From Cladosporium halotolerans (taxonomy: Eukaryota), in NCBI RefSeq assembly GCF_011745625.1, contig NW_027191523.1, forward strand, positions 1-36,828: a DNA stretch of 36,828 bases, in the 5' to 3' direction. Under the pieces are notes generated by a model. That model worked only from the letters and a program-made list of their open reading frames with translations. It had not been told where the DNA came from and ran no database searches. The translations under genes were made by a program, and so were the position numbers. Below are positions 1 to 10,235 of this stretch, piece by piece (positions within the stretch are counted from its first letter, which is position 1; each line of letters opens with the position of its first letter).

Positions 1-94
1 GAATCTGATTATTCAGGTCCGAGCTCAATCAGGGACCTGATTGATTGATTACCTGATTGATTATCTGATTGAGAAAATCAAGATTCAAGATCTA
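1..94. mobile_element. Probable terminus (TIR plus subterminal repeats) of a DNA transposon or MITE, possibly hAT-like, abutting the transporter CDS
   Basis: CTGATTGA occurs at 37, 53 and 65, CTGATT at 5, and the inverted copy TCAATCAG at 25. CAGGTCC/GGACCTG form an inverted pair. Read inward on the minus strand, the end is TAGATCTTGAATCTTGATTTTCTCAATCAG. Its translation (IDYLIDYLIEKIKIQD) is not transporter-like, and transporter sequence starts abruptly at 95. Confidence 0.45.
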
Positions 95-1513
95 TGCCTC
101 AGTTCGGCAACGATCGCGCTGAACTCTGGGATTGTCTGGATTGGAGCAATCATCGGCAGCATTATCCTGGCAAGGGTCCCCGACATAATCGGTCGCAAGC
201 CGTCTGTTTTCTATGCAGCCTTGATCGCCATTTTCGGTAGCGGTATCCAAGCCGCAGCACAGAACATCGCCATGTTCTTGGTCGCCAGATTCATCCTCGG
301 GTTCGGTATTGGAGGCACCTATGTTTCAGTACCCTTGCTTATTGCCGAGACTCTTCCAACGAAATATCGCTCTCTCGGTCTAGGAGCTTTCACGGATCTC
401 TACTATGTTGGAGGGCTATTGAGTGCAGGCGAGTGCCCCAAATTCCGCTCTTGCCCCAGCCTCGAGAATGGAGACGCTAACGTATCTCCAACAGGTGTGA
501 CATTTGGCACCTCTCAAATGGATTCAACCTGGTCTTGGCGGCTGCCCTCACTCTTGCAAATTCTTTTGACGTTGACATCACTGATCACGTTGCCTTGGAT
601 TCCTGAATCACCACGCTTTCTCGTCCGCACTGGGCGAAGGGAAGAAGCAATGCTCGCCGTTGCTCAGTCTTGCGCAAATTCCGACGTCTCGGACCCAGAA
701 GCCCAGGCGGAATTCCTCCAGATTTGCCAGTCTCTCGAGATGGAGAAGAATATCGAGGAGCCCTCCATCAGACAGATCGCCACAGCACCTTCTTTTCGTA
801 AGCGCATGATCCTGGTCTTCACAGTGGCAGCTTTCTCAATGTTGACGGGGTCCAATCTGTTCTCCTACTATCTCGGCACCGCTCTCACGAGTGCTGGTAT
901 TACCGACTCTACGCTGCAACTGGAGATCAACATCATCCTTAACTCGTTCTGTGTCATTGTGTCTTTGCTAGGTACCTTTCTTGCGAACCGCCTGGGCCGC
1001 AAAAATCTCGCACTTTTGTCCACAGCAGGGTGCATGATCTTCCTGTTTTGCATTGGTGCCCTGACGAAGCAGTTCGGAACCTCTACTAACACCACCGCCA
1101 TCTATGCGACTGTCGCCATGATTTTTCTCGCCCAAGGAAGCTACAGCTTTGGCTGGACACCCCTCGCAGTCATGTACCCACCCGAGGTCCTCAACTATCC
1201 TATCAGGAGTATCGGCATGGCTTGGTTCGTGACCTGGCAGAATCTGATTCTTCTCGTGCCTATCTTTGCGTTTCCTATCGCTATGGAGAGGATTGGGTGG
1301 ATTACCTATTTCATAAACGGAGGTTTCAACGTTCTTGTGATGTTAGTGGTGGCGTTGTACTGGGTTGAAACGAAGGGTTTGTCGCTTGAAGAGGTTTCGC
1401 GGAAGTTTGCAGCGCAAGGAGAAGTTACGGATTTGGAAGACGTCGAAGTTATCAAGGGTGTGATTATGGAGCGTCCATCTCTCAAAGCGGATAAACATGA
1501 TGGCGCTATTTGA
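95..1513 (+). CDS. MFS sugar porter (lactose permease/hexose transporter-like); N-terminus missing or interrupted; probable GC-AG intron 429-494
   Basis: Sugar-porter motifs DIIGRK, ARFILGFG, IAETLPTKYR, WRLP, PESPRFL, RLGRK, PPEVLNYPIR and ETKGLSLEE. The ORF has no ATG-initiated N-terminus and lacks the first TM helix region. Removing 429-494 restores GGLLSAGVTFGT. Confidence 0.88.
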   Translation, partial: CLSSATIALNSGIVWIGAIIGSIILARVPDIIGRKPSVFYAALIAIFGSGIQAAAQNIAMFLVARFILGFGIGGTYVSVPLLIAETLPTKYRSLGLGAFTDLYYVGGLLSAGECPKFRSCPSLENGDANVSPTGVTFGTSQMDSTWSWRLPSLLQILLTLTSLITLPWIPESPRFLVRTGRREEAMLAVAQSCANSDVSDPEAQAEFLQICQSLEMEKNIEEPSIRQIATAPSFRKRMILVFTVAAFSMLTGSNLFSYYLGTALTSAGITDSTLQLEINIILNSFCVIVSLLGTFLANRLGRKNLALLSTAGCMIFLFCIGALTKQFGTSTNTTAIYATVAMIFLAQGSYSFGWTPLAVMYPPEVLNYPIRSIGMAWFVTWQNLILLVPIFAFPIAMERIGWITYFINGGFNVLVMLVVALYWVETKGLSLEEVSRKFAAQGEVTDLEDVEVIKGVIMERPSLKADKHDGAI

Positions 1514-2115
1514 GGAGATTGAGAGAAAGGTAGACGTTTTTTGGCAGTTAGAAAACAGATGCAAGTCACGGCTTCAACATTCTATTTCGCTATATCACTA
1601 CTGTGTAACTGCATTGCTGATGATAATTGCAGGACGAGCATTCTAATCATTACCTTGTAATATAGGAGATATCACGTCAGGGAAAGTAACATCCAAAATT
1701 AATCTTGAGTTTGCCTGTGGAGCTCCAAAATGGCGTTTCCAAATGATCTAAAGATCAGTTGAGTCAAGCGCTCTTCGATATCGCGGATGATGGCCAATTG
1801 TGTGCTTGGTGGAGACTAGCGTCCGCGCGCGGCCGCGTCAAGACGCTGATCTCTGGTTCCGCACGCATTGTCAAGGCTATCACTGAACCTTACAGCCGTG
1901 GTTGATTACGCTAAAAGAGTCGTGCACTCCCATACTTCACTCGGGGCGCTTTTGGCAAAACGAAACGGTGACGAGAGAACCTGGTGCTCATTAATCGTAT
2001 GGCTTGACATTCGCCCTATCGCCGTGAAAGATAACGGATCAGGACGCGCGCCCAGACTCGAAGTTTTGGCCGCTCCCAGTGCTACTTGTCATGTCCGACA
2101 TCGGCATCACAGTCC

Positions 2116-2121
2116 TATAAA
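2116..2121 (+). promoter_or_regulatory. Candidate TATA box of the amidase gene
   Basis: TATAAA about 90 nt upstream of ATG 2208. Confidence 0.4.
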
Positions 2122-2207
2122 GCAAACGATGCTTGAACGACCGAAACCAGCAAAACCATCCGGAGTCACAACAATCCAACGGGCGTCGCTCGCCTAAGAC
2201 GTCCAAG

Positions 2208-4191
2208 ATGCTGTTACTCAAGATTGCGTTAATCATTTCCACCATTGGATCAGCATCATCTTCGTCCCTGGCCGATAGAGGACGAGTACTCGACATCGAT
2301 GGCATCCCATACTACGCTGGAGGCATTCCAATCAGCCGGCTGAATACCAAGTGTGCGCACAAACTTGTTAATGCTGTCGCCCAGGTCGATGGCATCGACC
2401 TGCTGCCCTTCACTGTCATGGAGAACTCTGCCGGTTCGTTCGGGGTCGATGAGCTGTACGCAACCGTAGCACAGTACGAAAAACAAGACGATGTCTTTAC
2501 ACCTGCGTTTCTCAAAGCTGTCTACCTTCAGTCTTCGGAAAGAGATTATTTACCAGTATCCAGCGTCGATGCCAATTCCCTCGAAAATGCCCTTGGTGAC
2601 TTCAACATCAATCTATTGACCACCTCCGGCAACATCACTGGACAATCACTACTTCTGACGACGCAAACCATTGATGGCCTTGCGAAAGGCCCATACTTCG
2701 TCTCCCCCTCCACTGGGAATATTTACAAGGCCCACAGAATATACAGCGACGATAACTTGGCGTTTGTGCAGGGCATTGTGAGCGACGAGCAGGGTGGGTA
2801 TCTCTCACTGCCTGCTCTCACCGAGAACGTCATGGCTAAGAGCATCGCTGTCCCGTCTCGGCTATACTCAAGCGTTACTGCAGAGAAGCCTTTAGCTGGT
2901 CTTCGTTTCGGCGTCAAGGACATCTTTCATGTCAAAGGGGTTGCCACTAGCGGTGGCAATCGTGCCTACTTTTATCACTCTGGAGCCCAGAATGCTACTG
3001 GCCCCGCTGTCCAGCGTCTCATTGATCTTGGCGCAGTACTTGTCGGTAAGATGGGAACCGTTCAATTCGCTAACGGCGACCGGCCAACCGCTGACTGGGT
3101 CGACCTTCACGCTCCCTTCAACCCTCGAGGTGACGGTTATCAAAATCCAAGTGGTTCGTCAACCGGTCCTGGCGTCGGTATTGGAGCTTACGAGTGGCTC
3201 GATCTCGCAGTGGGAAGCGACACAGGCGGTTCCATGCGAGGACCCGCCGGCTCACAGGGCATCTTCGGCAATAGACCCTCAACTGGCGCCATATCACTTG
3301 ACCATGTGATCCCTTTGAGCCCCGTTTCGGACTCAGCTGGTGTATTTGCGCGCAGCGGTGCTGTGGGCGGAAGTTACACGAGCCTGGTACAACGACACAC
3401 AACTTGTATCTAACCATACTTCTCGCCCTCGTAAACTCTACACGTCAACTTCTCGGGCCGGCGCTTGGTCTGGAACTGAGAACAAGGAGGCACTGCTGCT
3501 AGTCGACAACTTTCACAGCCAGCTTTCCAGCTTCTTAAACACAGAGGCTTTGCCTGGCAATTACACTCAGCTTTGGAATCAAAGTCACGCGAGCGATGCT
3601 CCAGAAGACGTAAACGAGATGCTGCACTCTACGTATGGTGTCTATATCACTCACGATCAATGGAGAATGCTCGGCAAGCCATTCTTCGAGTCGTACGGTG
3701 CCGCGAACGACGGGCGCCAACCATACATTAACCCCGGTCCTCTGGCCCGCTGGAGGTGGGGCTTGGAAAATGCCACAGATGCAATTTACGCCGAGGCTTT
3801 ACGCAACATAACCATATTCAAAGACTGGTACGAAAACGAAGGCTACGGCCGCCACGATCCGGAGTCTTGCTCCGAGGGCCTCTATGCCTACATATGGCAG
3901 GATGGCTCGCCTTCGTACCGCGATGAGTATCTTTCTGCGCCAACACAGCCTCCACTGGGCATGGACGAGTCGAGCTGTGCTGTGATGGCTGGCGCGCCTG
4001 AGGTTATCGTCCCGATCGGAGAGGTTGCCTACAACAGCACGAGGTCGATGCACGTCGAGTATCTTCCAGTCGCGATAGCTTTGAGGATGGCTAGAGGCTG
4101 CGACCTTGCATTGTCTTCCCTTGTAAGGGATCTCGAGGAGGCGGAGATTCTGAGGCCGGTTGCTGCAGGAGGCAGGTTGTACCCTTCCTGA
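2208..4191 (+). pseudogene. Secreted amidase-signature-family protein (GatA-like fold), frameshifted near 3360 (pseudogene or sequence error)
   Basis: Signal-peptide-like N-terminus [18 protein letters not shown]. Amidase motifs [15 protein letters not shown] and [15 protein letters not shown]1 reads GVFARSG, and the coherent continuation [10 protein letters not shown] is in another frame (3340..4191). No intron-sized GT-AG spans the junction. Confidence 0.85.
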
Positions 4192-4645
4192 GTTTTAGGG
4201 GCAACGGTGTCTTGTCTTGCTGTACCCTCGGCATGGGTTTATCCCAATTCTTGCGTGGGTAACCACGCGGAAGCGATAGCCAATGATCTTCTCGGCTCTG
4301 CTAGAATTGCTGAGCTCATGCCATATGCAACTTCTGAAGTCAGTGCATGATTCGGTCAAAGTAATCTCATCTATTGAACGGTCTGAAGAAGCAACGACAC
4401 CTTAAGTAACGACAGCATTGAAATGCGGGTCGAAGTACAAATACAGATGTCTAGCACCAGTTAACACTCAGCTCTGCTTCCATGGAAATATCAAAGCGCA
4501 TGTGCAAAACTATCAGTACAAAGCATGCAGCTGGTCCTCTCTCGTGACGGCGTGATATGCGCGAATGCGAGCGCGGCGAAACAACGGCTCTATGTAAAAC
4601 TCTCATACAACAATGACATCTATGCTAAGGAGCTAGCCTACATAC

Positions 4646-5115
4646 TCATGCCCTCCACTCAACATGCGTTGTCAATGCCAAGATCAAACTATCGAAGCGT
4701 CCGGTCAAATTCTTGCGCAGCACCTTCAAATATTCTTGCGGCAAAACAGTGCCTTCAGAACTCCAAATAAAAGGTGTCTTGTCGGACCAAGGGGATCTGA
4801 CGCCGTCACGCTGAGAGCCACCATGTCAGGGTAATTCGGCCTACGAATGCGGAAGGTCATCGAATGCTCGTCGGCACAGACGGCGGTCATATTTTCAGAG
4901 AAGACGTAGCGCTCACACTTCTGTGGAAGGCCTGCGTACTCGTAGTGGAAGATGCGGACGCTTCCGACACCAAAGCCCGTGACGAATAGCTCCAAGCATA
5001 CAGGGTGCCAGGTACGTTCAGCCCGGAAGCTAGCGATGAGGTCCCGGAGTCGATCGATTGGGGCGCTGATGTCACGTATTGTGGTAACCCATGGGGACAG
5101 ACCTTGGCCGGACAT
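4646..5115 (-). pseudogene. SRPBCC/START-like (polyketide cyclase 2-type) protein with a 1-nt frameshift near 4782
   Basis: From ATG 5115, VTTIRDISAPIDRLRDLIASFRAERTWHP...GFGVGSVRIF fits the SRPBCC N-terminal pattern. After DPLGP, the alternative frame gives KTPFIWSSEG...EYLKVLRKNLTGRFDSLILAL*, a typical final strand plus long helix. Confidence 0.6.
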
Positions 5116-5745
5116 GGTAGCTGCAGGTTCCAGGGCAGCGTTTAAGAGGCTAGCGGCCACAAGTGAGCTTCGACTTACGAGTTATTTGAGGAGGTCGGTC
5201 GATTTCTTGAGATGAGATTGATCAAGTTGGAGGCTTCTTATAGGACTTCAAAACAGCCAGAGGAAAAAAGGCATCCACTTATTTGTACTCGCAAGTCTCA
5301 CATGTTGGCGCCTCCAATCCAGTGGCATAATAATGCAAACCTTGCCGTTGAAGTGCCTTGAACTTTGCCGAGTTTGCACCGTTACGATGAAGAGCTGACA
5401 TGATCGGCGTGTATGAGGCGAAATACTAGAGTAAACCGTTCGGGGAGGCGACAGAGATACTGAGTAGCATCTCAGGTTCGGAGACCAAGGCACATGGCGA
5501 AAGCCCGCGACGACTCCATACTAAGATGCCAAGGCAAGCATTCTGATGCGGATCAGGTACGTAGCGTTGAATTTCGATCTTGATTGCTCTTAGCCTCCGA
5601 CTTTTGGTATGAGGTGAGGATTCAAGTCGATATCTTTCGTCCGTCTGGTTCGACATAATCAACAGGATGTGTAGTCTTTACAACGTCCGGATCCACTAAT
5701 GCGTTTCGGACGGTCAATTCCAGACAAAGTATCTAGAACTTTACG

Positions 5746-6660
5746 ATGCTCGTTCTCGTGGGCGGCACCGCTGGCAACGTCGCTTCTGGCAGTCTTACAA
5801 CTCGTGGACACCAGGTCCGTGGCCTTGGTTGCGATATATCGAAGCTAGACGAGAATTTGCGAGACAAGCTCGAGCGTTTTGTCTAAGTCAGAGCATACAA
5901 CGACATCGAAGCGTTTGACAGAGCGTGATTGAGCGTAGACGGCATCATCAATGCTGTCAATGGCGCTGCAGAGATGCTGTTGGACGCTCATTTCATTCTT
6001 CTGCGCGCGGCCCAGCGAGCAGATGTTCGAAGATTCATCGCAGCTACTTGGAATTACGACTGGCGCAGAATTCAGCTAGGAGACCAAGAGAGCTATGATC
6101 TGAAAATCCCCTTTCACAACCATGTCGAGTTGACTTCTTCAATGAAGCCAACCTACATCCTCTCTGGCGTACTTGCTGAGGTCCTCCTCTCTGTCCCAGG
6201 ACACGGAGACTTCTCTCCAAAGAACCATGTAATCCGGGATCCTGAGGGAAAGAGCTTCGAGGTATGGGGCACTCGCAGAGAGATCTGGCATTGGACAACT
6301 CAGAGGCACGCCGCAGACTTTGCTGCGGACATCGTTCGTAAGGATGAAACGGTCGAGGGAGGCTTCTGCACTGTTAACTTGGGAGAAAACACATTAGAAG
6401 AGATCGCACAGGTCTATGAGGCCGTGAAAGGTCGCAAAGTTCAGATCAACAAGCGAGGAGCTGTTGATGAACTCCGAGAAAGAGCTTTGCGGGCGTGGAA
6501 GGATGGTGCGCGGCAACGATTCTGGGAATACATTGGGTGGTTTTATCAGCTTCACACCGTCGGCAGAAATTATGTGCTGAGCAGCCTGGACAATGACTGA
6601 CTTTCTACGAATGTGACGAGGCTCGAAGACTTCCCGAGGTCCAATTTAATCTTTGTCGCA
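5746..6660 (+). pseudogene. NmrA-like/atypical SDR NAD(P)-binding protein pseudogene
   Basis: The frame from ATG 5746 reads MLVLVGGTAGNV...RGHQVRGLG...DKLERFV*VRAYNDIEAFDRA*LSVDGIINA. In-frame stops lie at 5884 (TAA) and 5926 (TGA), with a probable third at 6598 because the frame continues LSTNVTRLEDF. The 3' end is approximate. Confidence 0.78.
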
Positions 6661-7159
6661 ATTAGTGTAGAATGTATACCAATTTTTCGCATAAAAGTAT
6701 TCTCTTTTATCATAGTTGACTGTGTGTCTCGTGGTAATGACAACGAAACATACATGCTGAGGGGGTTTTCCCCTTGAAAGCCTCCGCACTAGACTCTCTT
6801 GTGTACATGCGAGGTCGAAATGGCTTAACTTCGAATCGCCATCACTGAGGTACGAAAATGTCAGTACTGGAGTCTCGATAGTAACGTCGTTCTGTACGAT
6901 GTTCTGATGCTCGATATCCGTCATAAAGCCAGAGAAGGTGCTCGTGTAAGCCGATGCTGCTCTGTGGCAGCGAGTCGGGATGTGGGCCATCTCCGGGAGA
7001 TTGTCTTGGCGGTGAGTGGAGGCCATCTTGCGGAGTGAGATCCACCGACGAAGGGAAGGGAGATCTGAGATCAGGGGATGCAAGCAGGCCCGACTGGAAG
7101 TCAGGCCCTTTGACAGTCGTGAAGTAATCATGGCCGTGAAATTGTTTCAATAAATAGAA

Positions 7160-9021
7160 CTAGATTCGAAGAAGAAAAAGAAAAGCACCCGCGAACACTA
7201 CGGCGGACAACGACAGCGCATAGGTAGGCCCTCTTCCCATTGCAGCAGCAGCTCCGCTCGTGGAATTGCTAGCCGCCGTCGCCCCCGGGACGCCGCCAAC
7301 AGTTGTTGTCGCGGTCGCGCTGGCCGGCGCATCCGCCAAAGGCATGGTCGTCGCCGAGTGCATGACTGTCAATTCGCCACTGATGCGCGTGGTGTATGTC
7401 GTCGATTGGACGTACTTCTTTGCCACCACGACATCGCTGGCTCCTTCTATGCCACACAGCGTCGAGCCCTGCAGCGCGTCTTTCTTAAAGAGCACCACGG
7501 GCAGACCATCGCTGACCCAGGCTTCGATGCAGCCGGAGTCGGAGACCTTGGAGTCCTTGCAAGACACAACGTCGAACAAGTCGTCGCCGGCGCTGTAGCC
7601 ATGGTCTTGCTTGTTGCAAAGCTCGACTTTGAAGTCGTCGGCATCGGCGCCTTTGTTGTTGAACACCGTGATGACCTTGGGATCGTTGGCGCCGCCTTTG
7701 GCGAAGGTAATGGTGTTTTGTCCGACGTCGATAGTGCTGCTTTCGGTGTTGAGGTAGTCAGGGTGCTTGTTCGAGACATGTCGGCGGAAGAGATTGAGTT
7801 TTGCAATTAGCTTGTAGAGGACGGCGTCCTGGTTGTAATCGTACTCCCAAAGGGCGTCGCGGTTGAAGTAGGGCTCGGTATCACCGTTGAGATGCTGTTC
7901 CTGGCCGTAGTAGATGATGGGAATGCCGTCGTGAGTCATGATGTAGGAAACGATGTTTTGCGCGCGCGCCATGTCGGCGGTGTTGTTTGCGAAACGAGGT
8001 ACGTCGTGGTTCTGCGGGATGTTAGTTTACCGGATTGGTTGGCGAAATACTCGATGCCTCTCACCTCTGCAAAATTACCCAGCACCGTCGCATCCTTACA
8101 GGTCTTACTGATGTCAGCAATTGTATCGGCAAGAGCCTTCATGTCACCGCCCGATCCTTCCAGGGAGTATGTCAACTGGAAGTAGAGCGGATAATTGAGG
8201 ATGCTACCAATAGTGTCTGACCATCGGCAGGCAATCTCCGTGTGCTGGGTATACACTTCGCCTGTTGCAAAGATGTCTGCCGCTTCCACGAAGCCCGGGA
8301 AAAAGGAAGGCTCGACGTTGATGGCGGCGTCAATTCGGAGGCCGTCGATACCGTACTTCCAAATCTGGTTCTTGATCCAGAGAGCCAGCATGCTTTGCAC
8401 TTCGGGGCTCTCGGTATCCAGGTCCGCTAGGAGAGTGCCTTTTCCACCGAGCCAGCAGTTCTGAATATTGTCGAGGTCCTGATCGTCGTAGTGGCCCTGA
8501 CAGTAAGGGTGGTAGTACTTGGCTTCGTTGAAGGGATGCATTATCGAGTAGTCGAGATCATCCTTGGGCGGGCCCGGTAGAGCCATGTGGTTAACCACGA
8601 TGTCAAGCATGAGAAGCATTCCACGCCTGTGAACCTCGTCGATCAGAGTCATCAGGTCTTCTTCTGATCCAAACGAGGGGTTGATCTCGTAAAGGCTTTG
8701 CTGCCAATAGCCGGGGTAGCCCTCGCCGTCTGAAGTCCAGTCAGGCATGTTAGCTACGATTGGCGAGATCCAGATAGCGTCGAAGTTCATGTTCTGGATG
8801 TAGTCCAGGTGCTCGTAGATACCGCGCCACGTGCCGCCGCAAAAAATACCGAGAGTCGGGTCGCATGGTTTGACGTCTTTACCGGCAGGAAGGGCGAAGC
8901 GGTCGGTCAAGAGTTGGTAGATTGTTCGATTTCGCCATTGATTGGTGTCCAGGGCTGATGCGGTCCAGGGAAGCAGGGCGGGGAGAGCCAGCAGAGTCGG
9001 GAGCCAGTGAGAGAAAGCCAT
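7160..9021 (-). CDS. GPI-anchored GH13 alpha-amylase/alpha-glucanotransferase-like protein (about 602 aa; exons 9021-8065, 8011-7160)
   Basis: Signal peptide, IYQLLTDRFA, GGTWRGI, GYWQQ, region I DIVVNH, region II GLRID, region III GEV, and region IV FAE|NHD joined across a 53-nt intron (GTGAGA...CTAAC...CAG). Also DGIPIIYYGQEQH, a Ser/Thr/Ala-rich linker and a hydrophobic C-terminal GPI-type tail. Confidence 0.93.
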
Positions 9022-10235
9022 GACGCAAACGCGACACGGTCGACCCGGTGTGCGCCGAGTCTGAAGAAGGATTAAAAGAGAGTAGGCGTAGTATAGTAAA
9101 AAAGAGTGGCTGCCGGTGGCGTGTGGTGAGCGATTAGTGCTGTTCGCGTGTCCTAAGGTAAAAGAGTGGCTGTTGGCCTCGTGTGAGACGGGAAGGAACG
9201 GCGGCTGGTGGCGCGTGGTAAGGAATGGCTGCCAAGGGCGGAGGGTGTCAGGATGACGGCGAGGGCCAACGGCGTGAAGAAAGGAACGGCAACCGCAGGC
9301 TCGGCGGGTGTAGCAGTGAGGTGGTGGTCCGGAGGCAGCGCTTTTGGTGATGCCGCCCCTGGGAGAGCGCTCAGAGGCAAAATGACAAATTTGGCGGGCG
9401 GTATGGGCTTAAGGGCTTGGACAGCAGATGGCAATCTGCGGCAACCCTGCAGGTGGGAGGGGCGGCGAGGGCGAGCGAGCCTTTTTGCGCGCGTGCGCGT
9501 GGGGAGAGGAGGGCGGCGGGCGACGGTGGCATGGGCGGGCCTGGGAAGGGTGCGCCGGGCCGGGCACAGGAGAGGGCTGGTGGCAGCGGGTGGGTATTGT
9601 ATAGGGCACTGCGCGGCCGCGCGCGCGCGAACAACCACCGCGGCCACTCGTCGTGCGCGCGCGGAGGTGTCATCTCAGGAGCGAACGATCAGGGAAGAGA
9701 CTAGAAGCGCTAGCCGGCGGGGCGGTGGAATAGCGGCGAGGGCGGGCGCCGGCGGGCTCGTATTCCGTGCCAGCAGCTTGCGCGTTCTCGCTTGTGCGCG
9801 CCGGCAGCCGTTCGAGATGAAGCTTGACAACGCTTCGGCCACCGGGCCCGTATTTCTTGTCGCTGCGCCTCGCTGCGACTCCCTGCGCGGTTCCTGCGCT
9901 GTTCCTGCAGCGGGCGGGCGAACGTTCTGGGGCCGCGCCTTGGCTAAAGCGTGTTGTGACTTCACTCGTGTCTTGCCCCTGCCCGCTGCCGCTCAGCCCT
10001 GTGCTTCATGATCTGCGTCACTGTCGCTTTTAATAGCAGCCGGCATAACGCTCGCGAGGTATATCTGATTGCCGGAGAGACGCCAGCCATGCCGCGACGC
10101 CGTTTTCCAGTGCGAGGATGGATATCAACACGAGCCGGGATGCCGGACAAAACGAAGAGTGCAATGACTCGCGTCGGGTGCACGATCCGAAAGCCCGTAA
10201 AAGCTACAAAATACACAATCAGTGTTGTACACCTC

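Noticed and set aside
41..94. ORF-track N-terminus MIDYLIDYLIEKIKIQD of the transporter
   Set aside because: It starts at TTG and is merely the translation of the CTGATTGA repeats; it is not transporter-like.
2133..2207. Longer amidase start at 2133
   Set aside because: It is a TTG start. ATG 2208 begins a signal-peptide-like stretch and follows a TATA box.
5746..6600. RIP as the cause of the pseudogenes
   Set aside because: Some stops fit C-to-T changes, but the regions are not visibly AT-rich or TpA-saturated and no duplicate copy is present in the window, so RIP cannot be supported here.
6646..7150. Minus-strand ORFs of 161 and 102 aa downstream of the amylase
   Set aside because: No recognisable motif, and they occupy the amylase 3'UTR/terminator zone.
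9153..10011. Overlapping 164-267 aa ORFs on both strands
   Set aside because: Arg/Ala/Gly/Pro-rich products typical of stop-poor GC-rich promoter DNA.
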